DNA from: Octopus vulgaris
Taxonomy: Eukaryota
Direction: 5' to 3'
Assembly: GCA_951406725.2 (NCBI GenBank)
Contig: OX597820.1
Coordinates: 117,614,001 to 117,678,000, forward strand
Length of the DNA stretch: 64,000 nt
Part shown: positions 11,451 to 26,012 of the stretch, piece by piece
Numbering within the stretch: the stretch's first letter is position 1
Layout: each line of letters opens with the position of its first letter
Program-made: the position numbers and the translations under genes
The notes under the pieces: generated by a model
The model's database searches: none
Seen by the model: the letters and a program-made list of their open reading frames with translations, nothing else
Told to the model about the DNA's origin: nothing

Positions 11451-14400
11451 TCCCCCCATCTCACATGGGTTCTGATTATCATTGACAATGAGGTCTCTTT
11501 ACAAAAGTATAATAAAAACCATTACTCAATGGTTGCGTTCGTTCGCTTCAAGGGTTGCATGTGGCCTGACAACCACAGGTCAGGAACCACTGATACAAGA
11601 CAAAGGAACTTCGAGGGCCAAAGATAGGAGGACAAACTAAAAGGGAACCAGGATCAAGAGACAAGGGTTCATATCCTGCCATTGCTGCTAGGATATTTAA
11701 TTTTTTTGTTTTTTATATCCTGCATTTTGTAAGCAAACAATGGTAGTTTGGTTATAGATTCCCCACAAGTCGGTCCTTAGATCACTGCATTTCTGATAAG
11801 GGAGTAACAAGAGAGGGGCCATGCAGTGCTAGTGAAGCAAATACCACAAGGTGTGCTTGTCTAACACTTGAGTTTTTTGTGTTTAACAGATATTTACATA
11901 TTTTGATGTTACACCAAGGATAAACAAAAATAAACATATACATGCATACTCAATATACACAGGTATCACAATCAGAAACTGTGTGGAAGACCTTGGTATG
12001 GTGTGTATGGTGTGTGTGTGCATGTGTGTGTGCATTCGTGTGTGCATGTGTGTGTGCATGCGTGTTTATGCGCATGTGTGTGTGTAAATGTGTGTGCATG
12101 AGTGTGTATGCATGTGTATATGTGTGCATGAGGAAGTGTGTCAATGTGTGTATAAGCACGACGTGTGTGTGTGTACATGTATGTGCATGGGTGTATCTGT
12201 AAGTGTATATGTGTATCCATAAGTGTGTGTGTGTGTGTCATTACACTGACCCTCTCCACCACCCACCCACCCACATGGGCAGCCATAACATTTCTGCCCC
12301 ACAAAATAAATCCAATGGCTCAGAACTTCAACAGACAAAACCCGGAGGAATAAATAAAACTTCACTTGGAAACAAGGAATCACTGGCCCCAGAAAGGACA
12401 TCAACCTAAAGGATTCTATCTTAAGGATCTTTCTTTGTTCCATGCCAGCATGGAAAAGTATACAGAAAACAAACAATTGGTGGCAGCAGCAGCAGCAGCC
12501 GTTCAAGAATTTGGACCTGGAGATCTCCATTTCCAGCGACTTCGAGGTCCACCTCCCAGTGGTGTCAGGCGTCAACGAAGAGCCCTCGACTACAACAAGA
12601 CAACCAAAGTTTTTTTTTCCAAGGTCTGGGGTCTCCCGCCCCTAAGCCCTAGACCATCACCTAATCTCCCTTACCTGTCTTGTTGCTTAACAACAACAAC
12701 AACAGCAGCAGCATTATTTTAATGACCACCTTTCCCTGCTTGCATGAGTTGGATGGAATTTGTTGAGGTGAATATTCCAGGGCCAAATGCCTTTCCTGTC
12801 ACCAACCCTCACCTGTTTCCAGATAAGCTAATACTTCTTCCAAGACCAGACATGTTTCCTGAGAAAACTGGAATCAAAAGACACCACTTGCACGACGGTG
12901 ACACTCACTTACAACAATCACATGAAGTGAAGACAAGGAGACAGTAACACACACACATCATCATCGTTTAATGTCCGCTTTCCATGCTAGCATGGGTTGG
13001 ACGGTTTGACTGAGGACTGGCAAGCCAGAAGGCTGCACCATGCTCCAATCTGATTTGGCAAAGTTTCTACAGCTGGATGCCCTTCCGAGAGAGTAGTGGG
13101 TGTTTTTTACATGCCACCTGCATGGGAGCCAGTCAGGTGGTTCCGGCAACAACAATGCTCAAAAGGTGTTTTTCACGTGCCACCGGTACATGTGTCAGTA
13201 AGGCGACACTGGCAATGATCACACTTGAATGGTGCTTTTTATATACCACTGGCACAGGTACCAATCAGCGGCCCTGGCAACAATCACGCTCGGATGGTGC
13301 TTTTAACGTTCCACTGACACGAGTGCCAATCAGGTGGTACTGTCTCTGACCACGTCAGCAATTTTGATTTTGATTTCACTAGCCTCAATAGGTCTTTGCA
13401 AGCAAAGTTTATTGTCCAATGAATGAGGGATACTCATAAATGGGCTGATTACACCCACTGGCATAGGCCATGGGCTATGGTCTCACTTGGCTTGTCGGGT
13501 CTTCTCAAGCACAGCGTATCTCCAAAACATATACATATATGTATGATAGGCTTCTTTCAGTTTCCATTTACCAAATCTACACACAAAGCTTTGGTCAGCC
13601 TGAAGCTATAGCAGAAGACACTTGCCCAAGGTGCTATGCAAGGGAATTGAACCCAGGACCTGGTGCTTAGGAAGCAAACTTCATCACTCAGCCATGTCTG
13701 GAATTTAACCAATTTAAAATTTCAAGTCAAAATATTTTTTAAAAAATATATATATATATATAAAATTGAAAGGAAATAAAAAAAATAGTGTAAATTGAAA
13801 CTTTTGTTTTCTTTTGTAAGTTTGGTTTGTATAACAAGTTGTCCCATAAGAAAGGAAGCATTTAATGTGAAGTAAATGCCTGAATGCTGCTTCACTTGTG
13901 AAACACCTGGTACTTGGATAAATTCCATTCTAGAACCATTTACAAACTCAACCAAAACTTAACAATTCAAATATTTTAACAATATTTCAGTTACCGTTTT
14001 TTTTTGTTTTTACAGCTTCACAGTTGGCAGAAAGAGACTTCAAATAGGCACCAAACACATTTGCTACTCATAGAACATCAATTTTTAATAGATGTGTGTG
14101 TGTGTGTGTGTATGTGTGTGTATGTATATGTGTGTGTGTACAAGTGTAATTGTCGAGAGAATGAGAGAACAGAAAGAGAAAGAGAATCTTTGGTCGAAAA
14201 GGGTGTAAGCGGGAAGATATTAAAATTTTATAGGGATTCATAAATAAATGAAAATGAGAGAAAATAACATAAAAGAGAAAATAAAACCATACGTCTAAAT
14301 TTAATTTAATATTTTTTATGACTGATTTACAACAATAATGCTTGCTAGTCTTTGGTTTGGACAAAACTGTCTAAATCCATGCTCGGTAATTTTTGGGGGG

Positions 14401-14491
14401 TTTTTTTAATGTTTTTTAATAAAAGAAAATAGATTATAATTCTGTGGTTGTAGTTGAAGTGGGAAATGTGTGTTTACAACGTGTGATGATG

Positions 14492-14546
<55 letters not shown>

Positions 14547-14675
14547 TAATGATAATAACAATAATGTTTTACAATGACATCAATTAAAATACACTTTCTG
14601 TCGAAATGTACAAAATTTTATGAGGAAATATTGGGAAAGCAAAAATTCAGCCATTGTTATTGCAATATAGAATTA

Positions 14676-14721
<46 letters not shown>

Positions 14722-14794
14722 TTTTTTTTTTTTACTGTTGTTGTTGTTGTTATCATCATCATCATTATTATTATTATTATCATTATTATTTTTC

Positions 14795-15258
14795 TTCTTC
14801 TTTCAAATTTGCTTCCATTTCTTGCCGAGTGTCTTCCCGACTCCTAGGGCAAAGAAACTCATTGGTAGGCCATTAAACTAAACTCAATAGTTCGTTCATT
14901 TTTTTTTTTTTAAGTTAAATTAAAATACATGGGTAGTAATAGTTCTCACAGCGACAATGCTCTTCTCAATACGTGTGATGTACCAGTTAAAACAATCTTT
15001 TGCACTTCTTGCAGGGATGGTAAGCCAGGGATCATTCTCATATAATTATTTTCGGTTCATTCTCATATAAATTTCTTGATCATTCCTAGTGCTCCTACGA
15101 TCACTGGTATTGTAACCGCCTTGAGATGCCACATTTTCTCAATTTCAATGAGCAGGTCTTTATATTTTCTGAGCTTGTCAAACTCTTTCGCCGAGAATAT
15201 TATGATCACAGGGGATGCTCATGTCGATCAATAAGCAAACTTTATTGTTTTGGTCTTT
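14795..15258 (-). mobile_element. R4/Dong-clade non-LTR retrotransposon 3' fragment (restriction-like endonuclease)
   Basis: Minus strand encodes KVCLLIDMSIPCDHNI/KEFDKLRKYKDLLIEIEKMWHLKAVTIPVIVGALGMI...LQEVQKIVLTGTSHVLRRAL. Both flanks are (TAA)n, the known Dong target. Confidence 0.8.
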
Positions 15259-15315
15259 CATTATCATTATTATTATTATTGCTATTATTATCATTATTAT
15301 TATTATTATTATTAT

Positions 15316-15872
15316 TGAGTGAGAGAGCAGTTCATGCCATCAAAGTGACACTGGGGTAAAATATACGAAGCCCAATATACCCATCATGACTACCCGTCTG
15401 ATAAGGGTACACCAGGCACATGCATCACAACCATATGTGCGCGACATGGTGATCTCATATCAAGATAAACAGCACATGACCTTGCAGGTGGGGCCCTGTT
15501 AGAATTTCCTTCAGGTTGAGTAGCCCATCCCGCTCAAACGGTCCCTGAATAAGGGTTGTTTAAGGATGTTGAAAAAACCACCCATGTTTCCAGAGGTGAA
15601 TTATTCAAACCCCAAAGAATCCCTCTCAACACATGGCTATGATGCTCCCCCACTACTTCTGCTCGTGATCAGAGATGCACATATCGTCAGCCACTAAGGG
15701 ACATGGTCAACTGGTTAAGGTCAAACAACTGACAAGCAAATCTGTGGTATTGAGCAGAATATTTGCTGTAGCCCATCTTTTATACCAAGACAAAACAATG
15801 TACATGATAACACTTCCAATCAGTTAAGATCAGAAGCCATGAGAGCCACTGCCTGGTACTGCATCAGGGCAT
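15316..15872. mobile_element. Unclassified non-coding element embedded in (TAA)n
   Basis: Complex ~555-bp block bounded by TAA arrays, adjacent to the Dong fragment, with no ORF. A ~24-bp internal piece is repeated at 15877-15931. Confidence 0.4.
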
Positions 15873-15931
15873 CGGGTGGTATTGAGCAGAATATTTGCTG
15901 TAGTGTGGTATTGAGCAGAATATTTGCTGTA

Positions 15932-15984
<53 letters not shown>

Positions 15985-16194
15985 CATTATTATTATTATT
16001 ATTATTAAAGCAGCGAGCTGGCAGAATCATTAGCATGCTGGATAAAATGCTTAGTGGCTATTAACCACTATGTTCTGAGTTCAAATTCCACTGAGGTTGA
16101 CTTTGCCTTTCATCCTTTCGGGAGTCAATAAATTGAGTACCAGTTGTGTACTGGGGTCAATCTAATGCTTTATATGTATATATATGTATATATC

Positions 16195-16432
16195 CTTTTA
16201 TTCTTTACTTCTTTCAGTCATTTGACTGTGCCCATGCTGGAGCACCGCCTTTAATCAAACAAATTGATCCCAGGACTTATTCTTTGTAAGCCTAGTACTT
16301 ATTCTATTGGTTCCTTTTGCCGAAACGGTAAGTTACATGGATGTAAACACACCAACATCGGTTGTCAGTGATGGTGAGGGGACAAAGACAGACATACAAA
16401 TACATACATACATATATACATACATAATACAT

Positions 16433-16495
<63 letters not shown>

Positions 16496-16651
16496 CACAC
16501 ACAACAGGCCTCGTTCAGTTTCTGTCTACCAAATCTACTCACCAAGCTTTAGTCAGCCTGAGGTTATAGTAGAAGGTGCCACACAATAGAACTGAACCCA
16601 GAAACAAGTGGTTGGGAAGCAAGCTTCTTACCACACAGCCACTCCTGAGCC
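16195..16651 (-). mobile_element. SINE family A
   Basis: Homology to 2228-2612. Confidence 0.8.
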
Positions 16652-16652
16652 A

Positions 16653-16693
<41 letters not shown>

Positions 16694-16776
16694 CAAATTT
16701 ACAGAAAGCAAAAGACAAAGACAGGTGTAAGAACAACAAGCAGGTGTATTAGTTTGATGCTCAGGAAAAATGGAAA

Positions 16777-16817
16777 GTCCTTTGCGTTTCGAGCCTAAGC
16801 TCTTCGACAGAAAGGAA
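16777..16817 (-). ncRNA. Minimal hammerhead-like motif in a Penelope-type repeat fragment (~16700-16870)
   Basis: Reverse complement TTCCTTT-CTGTCGA-A-GAGC-ttag-GCTC-GAAA-CG-CA-AAGGA, with core substitutions. Confidence 0.5.
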
Positions 16818-18209
16818 TAAGAGAAAATAAACAGAGAGAGGATGAAAAAAAACTTGTAGATTTCAGCAGTCCAAATATATCATCATCATTTAACATCCGC
16901 TTTCCATGCTAGCATGGGTTGGACGATTTTGACTGAGGGCTGGCAAGCCAGATGGCTACACCAGGCTCTAGTCTTCATCTGGCAGAGTTTCTACAGCTGG
17001 ATGCCCTTCCTAACACCAACCACTCGGAGAGTGTAGTGGGTGCTTTTTATGTGCCACCGGCACAGGAGTCAGTCAGGCAGTACTGGCAATGACCTCACTC
17101 GAATCTTTTTACACGTGCCACCGGCACAGGTGCCAGTGAAGCAACATTGGTAACGATCACACTCGAATGGTGCCCTTGTACATGCCACGGGTACGGAAGC
17201 CAGTTGGCTGCTCTGGCAACGATCACGCTCGGATGGTGCTCTTGGCACCCTACTAGCACATGCACCAGTGCCAGTAAGGCAGCGCTGGTAACAATCATAC
17301 TTGAATAGTCGCTCTGTCAATGATCACATATACCTATACACTTGTGACACATAAAAAGCACCAAGTTCATTCTGCTGAGTGGTTGGTGTTAGGAAGAGCA
17401 TCTAGCAGTAAAAATCTGCCAAAATAGTCCCAGAAGTTCATTGCAGGCTTCAGCCTGACCAGCTCTTGTGGTACCGTTCCACTCATGCTTGCATGAAACA
17501 CAGCCGTTAAATAATGATGATGATGATGACAACAGGCTTCTTTCAGTTTCCATCTACCAAATCCACTCACCAAGCTTTGGTTGGCCCAAGGCTATTGTAG
17601 AAGACATTTGCCCAAGGTGCCATGCAGTGGGACTGAACCCACAACCATGTGGTTGGGAAGCAACTTTCTTAACCACACAGCTACACCTGAATACAATGGC
17701 TGCTTTAGCTGTTGGTCAAATACCTCCTATTTTCTTTTCATTTATCTGGATATTCTTATCAATGGTTTCTCTTTGTATTCCTCAAATCTTATTCAAGAAT
17801 CAGAAACATAGAAAATCAGAGTTACAAAATTAATTTTTTCCTTTAAAATATATTTTTGTTACACTACTTTCAGTATTGAGTACTCACTATCTTCCCTCTT
17901 GTTTACATTGAAGTGTTTACTTCTATTACATACATACACATGTCTGTTTATCCATCTAGTTGGGTGCTTATCAGCTCACTTATCTACTTATCTAGCAATC
18001 TAAATACAACTCTAAATAAAACACTGGACCACTGAGAACCAATTTTTATTGGGGCAACAGGATACATGCTGACCCGTCTGGAGCAAAGTATGGCTGAACT
18101 TGGGATCTTGGGGAGAGAATGCAAATCCTTAGTTCATAAGCTACAAATGATCGCAATATCTGGGACTGTAAAAAATCTGCAGGACCTTCTTAAGATTTAA
18201 AAGATGTGT

Positions 18210-18955
18210 CAGTGGCACATAAAAGGGCACCATTCGAGCGTGATCGTTACCAGTGTCGCCTTACTGGCACTTGCACCCATGCTAGTAGGGTGCCAAGAGC
18301 ACCATCCGAGCATGATCGTTGCCAGAGCAGCCACTGGCTTCTATGCCGGTGGCACATAAAAGGGCACCATTCGAGCGTGATTGTTACCAGTGTCGCCTTA
18401 CTGGCACTTGCACCCATGCTAGTAGGGTGCCAAGAGCACCATCCGAGCATGATCGTTGCCAGAGCAGCCACTGGCTTCCATGCCGGTGGCACGTAAAAGG
18501 GCACCATTCGAGTGTGATTGTCACCAGTGTCGCCTTACTGGCACTTGCACCCATGCTAGTAGGGTGCCAAGAGCACCATCCGAGCATGATCGTTGCCAGA
18601 GCAGCCACTGGCTTCTATGCCGGTGGCACGTAAAAGGGCACCATTCGAGCGTGATCGTTACCAGTGTCGCCTTACTGGCACTTGCACCCATGCTAGTAGG
18701 GTGCCAAGAGCACCATCCGAGCATGATCGTTGCCAGAGCAGCCACTGGCTTCTATGCCGGTGGCACGTAAAAGGGCACCATTCGAGCGTGATCGTTACCA
18801 GTGTCGCCTTACTGACACTTGCACCCATGCTAGTAGGGTGCCAAGAGCACCATCCGAGCATGATCGTTGCCAGAGCAGCCACTGGCTTCCATGCCGGTGG
18901 CACGTAAAAGGGCACCATTCGAGCGTGATCGTTACCAACGTCGCCTTACTGGCAC
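18210..18955 (+). repeat. 137-bp tandem repeat (~5.4 units) from an RTE-type 3' UTR, followed by the RTE terminus and (GAT)n to 19237
   Basis: ORF-track starts are spaced by 137 bp (18319, 18456, 18593, 18730, 18867). Confidence 0.92.
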
Positions 18956-19198
18956 CTGTGCTGGTGGCATGTGTAAAAAGATTCGAGCGAGGTCATTGCC
19001 AGTACCGCCTAACTGGCCCCCATGCCAGTGGCACGTAAAAAGCACCCACTACACTCTCGGAGTGGTTGGCGTTAGGAAGGGCATCCAGCTGTAGAAACTC
19101 TGCCAGGTCAAGATTGGAGCCTGGTGCAGCCATCTGGCTTGCCAGCCCTCAGTCAAATTCGTCCAAACCATGCTAGCATGGAAAGCAGACGTAAAATT

Positions 19199-19239
<41 letters not shown>

Positions 19240-19707
19240 CAAAACAAGATACTTTCGTTCACAACCTTGCTACCAAGTAGGCGGCTGGTCAAAGTTTAAT
19301 CTGAATTAAAAAGAAAAAGCCGTACACGCATACATACATGAATACATACATTCATACATGAATACACACACACACATGTATACATATCAGTGCTAACTAA
19401 CCATGAAATGAAAGAATGGCTTATTTAACATACCATTCTAAATTCACTGCAAGTTAATATGGAAGTATTCGCTGATAATAAGAGAACATTCAAAAGCAAT
19501 GCTTTTGAACAAATTCAGTCATTAATCTGCAAACACGAGATCAGAGTTTCAAAAATAACATATTCGTCTGAACACAAACAATTCTTTAGTTTTTAGCGAG
19601 TTGTGTTTTTATAATTAAATATATTCAAAATAGTTGAGATATCTCCAAAATTAGAATACAGGCTAAAAGCAACACGATATTGTATTACATCTTTCTTATT
19701 CATGTGA

Positions 19708-20090
19708 GGAGGCACAATGGCCTAGTGGTTAGGGCAGCGGACTCGCGGTCGTAGGATCACGGTTTCGATTCCCAGACCGGGTGTTGAGAGTGTTTATTGA
19801 GCGAAAACACCTAAAAGCTCCACGAGGCTCCGGCAGGGATAGTGGTGATCCCTGCTGTACTCTTTCACCACAACTTTCTCTCACTCTTACTTCCTGTTTC
19901 TGTTGTGCCTGTATTTCAAAGGGCCGGCCTTGTCACTCTCTGTGTCACGCTGAATACCCCCGAGAACTACGTTAAGGTAACACGTGTCTGTGGAGTGCTC
20001 AGCCACTTACACGTTAATTTCACAAGCAGGCTATTCCGTTGATTCGGATCAACCGGAACCCTCGTCGTCGTAACCGACGGAGTGCTTCCA
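19708..20090 (+). mobile_element. tRNA-derived SINE family C
   Basis: A-box tggcctagtgg and B-box gtttcgattcc, followed by a ~300-bp body. Confidence 0.8.
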
Positions 20091-20162
20091 TCCATTCATG
20101 TGAGTGAGTTCAAACCCTACAATGACTGGCTTTGTATTTTTATTCCTTCAGATTTCACGAAT

Positions 20163-20334
20163 AGGCGCAGGAGTGGCTGTGTGGTAAGTAGCTTGCTTAC
20201 CAACCACATGGTTACGGGTTCATTTCCACTGCATGGCACCTTGGGCAAGAGTCTTCTACTATAGCCTCGGGCCGATCAAAGCCTTGTGAGTGGATTTGGT
20301 AGACGGAAACTGAAAGAAGCCCGTTGTATATATG

Positions 20335-20383
<49 letters not shown>

Positions 20384-20585
20384 TTGTGTGTCTGTGTTTG
20401 TCCCCTCAACATCGCTTGACAACCAATGGTGGTGTGTTTATGTCCCCGTAATGTAGCGGTTCAGCAAAAGTGACCGATAGAATAAGTACTAGGCTTCCAA
20501 AGAATAAGTCCTGGGGTCGATTTGTCAACTAAAAGCAGTGCTCCAGCATGGCCACAGTCAAATGACTGAAATAAGTAAAAGAGAG
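20163..20585 (+). mobile_element. SINE family A, full length
   Basis: Homology to 2228-2612. Confidence 0.88.
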
Positions 20586-21361
20586 TAAAATAGAAATACT
20601 TACATGCCTGCAGGTTCAATCCCACTGCATGGCACCGAAACAAGGGTCTTCTTCTATAACCCCAGGCTGATCAATGCCTTGTGAGTGGATTTGGCATCCA
20701 GACACTATGAGGAAGACTGCCATGTATGCATATGTAAGTATGTGTGTATGTATGTATGTCATTTTTCAGTGCCACTTGACTGGCACCCATGCCTGTGACA
20801 TATAAAAAGCACCATTCAAATATGGTCGATGCCAGTGTCACATAAAAAGCACCATTTGAATGTGGTCGACGCCAGTGCCGCCTGACTAGCACCCATGCTA
20901 GTGGCACATAAAAAGCATCATTCGAGTGTGGTCAATGCTAGTGCCACCTGACCGGCTCTTGTGCCAGAGCATGTAAAAAGCACCATTTGAGTGTGGTCGA
21001 TGCCAGTGCCACCTGCCTGGCTCCCGTGCTGATGGCAAGTGAAAAGCACCCACTACACTCTCAGGGCGGTTGTCGTTAGGAAGGGCATTCATCTGTAGAA
21101 ACCTTGCCAGATCAGATTGGAGCCTGGTGCAGCCTCCTGGCTTGCCAGTACCCAGTCAGACCATCCAACCCATGCCAGCAAGGAAAACGGACGTTAAACG
21201 ATGATGATGATGATGATTTCAAGATTTCTTGTCAATAGAGACAGAGCTGGTTTCTAACCTTCATTCCAGGGTTCCTTCATTCAAATTTCAACAACATCAA
21301 CAGAATATTTATGCATGTGTGTATGAGTGCACGTGTGCATGTATGTATGTATGCATGTTGT

Positions 21362-21393
<32 letters not shown>

Positions 21394-21507
21394 CATCTTT
21401 CTATGCATATATGTATGCATGTATGTATGCATATGTATGCATGCATATGTGTGTATGCATTCATGCATATGTATGCATGCAGAGAGACACGTGTATGCCT
21501 ACATATA

Positions 21508-22500
21508 TACTCTTTACTCTCTTTTACTCTTTTACTTGTTTCAGTCATTTGACTGCGGCCATGCTGGAGCACCACCTTTAGTCAAGCAACTCGACCCCGG
21601 GACTTATTCTTTGTAAGCCTGTACTTATTCTATCGGTCTCTTTTGCCGAACCGCTAAGTGACGGGGACGTAAACACACCAGCATCGGTTGTCAAGCAATG
21701 CTAGGGGGACAAACACAGACACACAAACATATACACACACGCTTATATATATATACATATATACGACAGGCTTCTTTCTGTTTCCGTCTACCAAATCCCC
21801 TCACAAGGCATTGGTCGGCCGGGGGCTATAGCAGAGGACACTTGCCCAAGATGCCACGCAGTGGGACTGAACCCAGAACCATGTGGTTGGTTAGCAAGCT
21901 ACTTACCACACAGCCACTCCTGCGCCTATATATGTAAGTGTATATGCGTGTACGTATGTATGCTCTTCTCTTCCTTGTTTTCATTCAGAATAATAAACTT
22001 TGGTCAGCCACCAACTGAGCAGCAAGGAAAGCAGCTTGTTTTAATCACCGTTCTTTAAGTGTTTTTATAGTCCCAGATATCATGATCATTCATAACACAT
22101 GTATGTATGTGTGTGTGTATATATTTATGTATGAATCTATGTATACTCCTTTACTCTTTTACTTGTTTCAGTCATTTGACTGCGGCCATGCTGGAGCATT
22201 GCCTTTAATCGAGCAACTCGACCCTGGGACTTATTCTTTGTAAGCCCAGTACTTATTCTATCGGTCTCTTTTGCTAGAGGGACAAACACAGACACACAAA
22301 CATATACACACACGCTTATATATATATACATATATACGACAGGCTTCTTTCTGTTTCCGTCTACCAAATCCCCTCACAAGGCATTGGTCGGCCGGGGGCT
22401 ATAGCAGAGGACACTTGCCCAAGATGCCACGCAGTGGGACTGAACCCAGAACCATGTGGTTGGTAGGTAAGCTACTTACCACACAGCCACTCCTGTGCCT
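21508..22500 (-). mobile_element. Two SINE family A copies (21508-21928 and 22146-22500)
   Basis: The two copies share private substitutions, and the second has an internal deletion. Confidence 0.85.
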
Positions 22501-22507
22501 ATGTATG

Positions 22508-22538
<31 letters not shown>

Positions 22539-23177
22539 GTATGTATGTACATACATATGCATGTATGTATGTATGTATGTATGTATATGTGAGTGTATGT
22601 ATGTATGTGTGCATGCATGTAAGTATGTATGTATTTATGTGTGCGTATATATGTATGTATGTAATGAATACATGTATGTATGCATGCATGTACGTATTTA
22701 AGCATGTATGTGTGTATGTATGTATGCATGTATGTGTGTATGTATGTATGTATGTATGTATGCATGCATTCATGTATACATGTATGCATGTATGTATATA
22801 AACGTGTACGTATGCATGTATATATGTACGTATGCATCTATGTAAGTACGCATGTTGTTGTATGTATATATGCATGCATGTATGTGTGTGTATGTGTGTA
22901 TATATGTATGTATGTATATATGTATGCATGCATGTATGTATGTATGTATGTGCACATGTATCATCATCATTAACGTATGTTCTCCATGCTGGCCTGGGTT
23001 GGACAGTTTGACAGAATCTGGCAAGACCAGGAGCTACACCAGGTTTCACGGTCCATTCTCCTCGAAGGGTTTCTACCTCTGGATGCCCTTCCTAACACCA
23101 GCCACTTTACGGAGTGTATTGGATATCATTTATGTGACATCAGGCACATAACGTTTCCATGGCACCAGGACCAGTGC

Positions 23178-23211
<34 letters not shown>

Positions 23212-23544
23212 TGTGTGCGTGCCACTTTTTTATTTTATTTTATTTTTATTTTATTTTATCTAGTTTCAGCTCACGAGCTGTGGCCATGCTGGGGCTTTGT
23301 CTTGAGATCTTGTAATTGTAATATGTAGTATTGGATGTACAATGCTAAATCAGAGCATGAGTGATCTGTGAGAGAGAGAGAGAGAGACAGACAGACAGAG
23401 AGACAGAGAGTGAGTGTGTGGAAGAGAGAGGGAGAGCATCAAGGTGAAGGTTGCCCAGACTTTCTAATTTTGAAAAACCCTTAAAATACTTAAAATACAT
23501 TCCAAATCCCAAGAAACCCCTACACAAAAATCAGTATTATAGTC

Positions 23545-23751
23545 TTTAATTCTTTTACTTGTTTCACTCATTTGACTGTGGCCAAGCTGGAGCACCACCT
23601 CTGGTAGAGCAAATCGGCCACAGGACTTATTCTCTGTAAGCCTAGTACTTATTCTATCGGATCTCTTTTGCCGAACCACTAAGTTACAAGGATATAAACA
23701 CACCAACATCGGTTGTCAAGCGATGGTGGGGGATCAAACACACACACACAA

Positions 23752-23793
<42 letters not shown>

Positions 23794-23940
23794 GACAGGC
23801 TTCTTTCAGTTTACATCTACCAAATCCACTCACAAGGCTTTGGTCAAGCTGAGGCTATAGTAGAAGACACTTGCCCAAGGTGCCATGCAGTGGGACTGAA
23901 CCTGGAACCATGTGGTTGGTAAGCAAGCTACTTGCCACCC
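23545..23940 (-). mobile_element. SINE family A
   Basis: Homology to 2228-2612. Confidence 0.82.
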
Positions 23941-24957
23941 ACCCTCTTTAATATTTTTTTTTCTTTCCTCAATCATAAAATTAAATTTCATAAGAAATTA
24001 AAGAAATCCCAAACCTATCTTTGAAAAGTTTGGGAAGGATTTGGAAATCCATTCTACACCACAGGGCATAGGTGTAGGAACAAAACCTGCTTACGGGGTT
24101 TCAAGCCCGGGGCCAAATATTTTTACAAACACAGTTGATTTTTTTTTCAATCTTATTATCAAAACAAACACGTATATAACAATAATTAATATATTTGTTG
24201 ATGATGATGATGATGAGGAGGAGGAGGAGGATGGTGATGGTGATGATGATGATGATTAATCAAATAAGATAGATTCAATAATTGAAAATGTTTCAAATCT
24301 TTCCAGAAATGTTTCTACATTGATTGGTTTCAGCAATGAAGTTTTTCAGGAGGATATTCAAAGCATTTCCTTTGTTCCCTACAAAACTTTAAGGGGTACA
24401 CTTACACCCTCTGCATCCCCTGGTCCTGAGCCTAAACCACAGAGGTTTAAACCAAGACCTTATTTAAGCCAAGTTCCCCAGCAATACCTTATTAAGAGGT
24501 CCCTATTTCTAGAGTCTTTAAGGAATATAACATACATCAAGAACAAAATTACAAACAGAGAATTAAACATAAAACTGACAGGAAAATGGGAGCTAATACA
24601 GTTTCGCACCTCTCCTTGGAAAAAGGCATTTTTTGGAAAACATTTTTTCGGATTCCTATGTTTTAGATGTCGGAGATTACAAATATGCAAATGAAAAAAA
24701 ATATTTACCCCCTGCCATCCACACCCTCCCCTTCTCCCTCCCATTTAAAATTTTGAATTTTTTCAAAAATTTTTTTCTCTATGTTTTAGCTGATGTAGAT
24801 TCTGGATATGCAAGAAACCACATTTTGAAAATTTTAAATTCAATAAGCATAAAGATATGTGTATAGATAGATAGTGAGAATTTACAAAAAACAAAAGACA
24901 AAGACGGGTGTGTAAACAACAAACAGATGCATTAGTTTAACGCTCGAGAATTGAGAA

Positions 24958-25000
24958 AGTGTTTTGCATTTTGAGCCTTCGCTCTTCATCAGAAAGGAAC
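24958..25000 (-). ncRNA. Minimal hammerhead-like motif in a related repeat fragment (~24882-25110)
   Basis: Reverse complement GTTCCTTT-CTGATGA-A-GAGC-gaag-GCTC-AAAA-TG-CA-AAAC. Flanks are homologous to 16700-16870. Confidence 0.55.
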
Positions 25001-25599
25001 ACAGAAATAAACAGAGAACGAAAATAGAAAAAGTTTTAGTGGCTAGCGAACTATCATGGTGAATGCCAGACAGAGGGGTCACACAGGAGAGCTAGGAAGA
25101 AGGGGAGATAAACAAAGAAAAAGGGGAAGAAAGGGAGAAGAGAAGACAAAAGGAAAAAGAAAGGGAGGGATAGAGAGGTGAAGTAACAAGGGCGGATTGA
25201 GAGAAATGACAATAGGAAAAAGCAGAAAGTTTAGAAAAGCTCAAAAGGTTAAAACGTCATGGTAGCTGGATGGATGGATGGATGGATGGATGGATAGACA
25301 GACAGACAGACACACAGACATGCAGGCAGGCAGACAGACAAACAAATAGATAGATATGAATGTCTTCCTGGGGCTAAAAGCAACAATAACACAGTCTTCT
25401 ATAGGACCGCCACATTTACTTGACAAATATATTTTACTTATAAACAAACAGGGACAAATAGATAGACAGACAAATAAATAAATGGATGAAAAAGTTCAAA
25501 ATTTAAAATTGGAGTAGGGGGTGAAATTTGAACCCCTTATTAAAACTTTAAAACAGGAATTATTAAATATTAATGTTTGTTTCTCATAAAATGGTGTAT

Positions 25600-26012
25600 T
25601 CTCTTTACTCTATTACTTGTTTCAGTCATTTGACTGCGGCCATGCTGGAGCACCGGCTTTAGCCAAGCAAATCGGCCCCAGAACTTATTCTTTGTATGCT
25701 TAGTACTTAATCTATCGGTCTCTTTTGCCGATCCGCTAAGTTACGGGGACGTAAACACACCAGTATCGGTTGTCAAACGATGTTGGGGGGGACAAACACA
25801 GACACACAAACATATACACACACATACATACATATATATATATATATACAATGGGCTTCTTTCAGTTTCCGTCTACCAAATCCATTCACAAGGCTTTGGT
25901 CGGCCCGAGGCTATGGTAGAAGACACTTGCCCAAGGTGCCATGCAGTGGGACTGAACCCAGAACCATGTGATTCGTAAGCAAGCTACTTACCACACAGCC
26001 ACTCCTACACCT
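25600..26012 (-). mobile_element. SINE family A nested in the TIR element
   Basis: Homology to 2228-2612. Confidence 0.85.

Noticed and set aside
19708-19782. Possible tRNA gene
   Set aside because: A and B boxes are present but run straight into a repeated SINE body with other copies in the window, so this is a SINE head.
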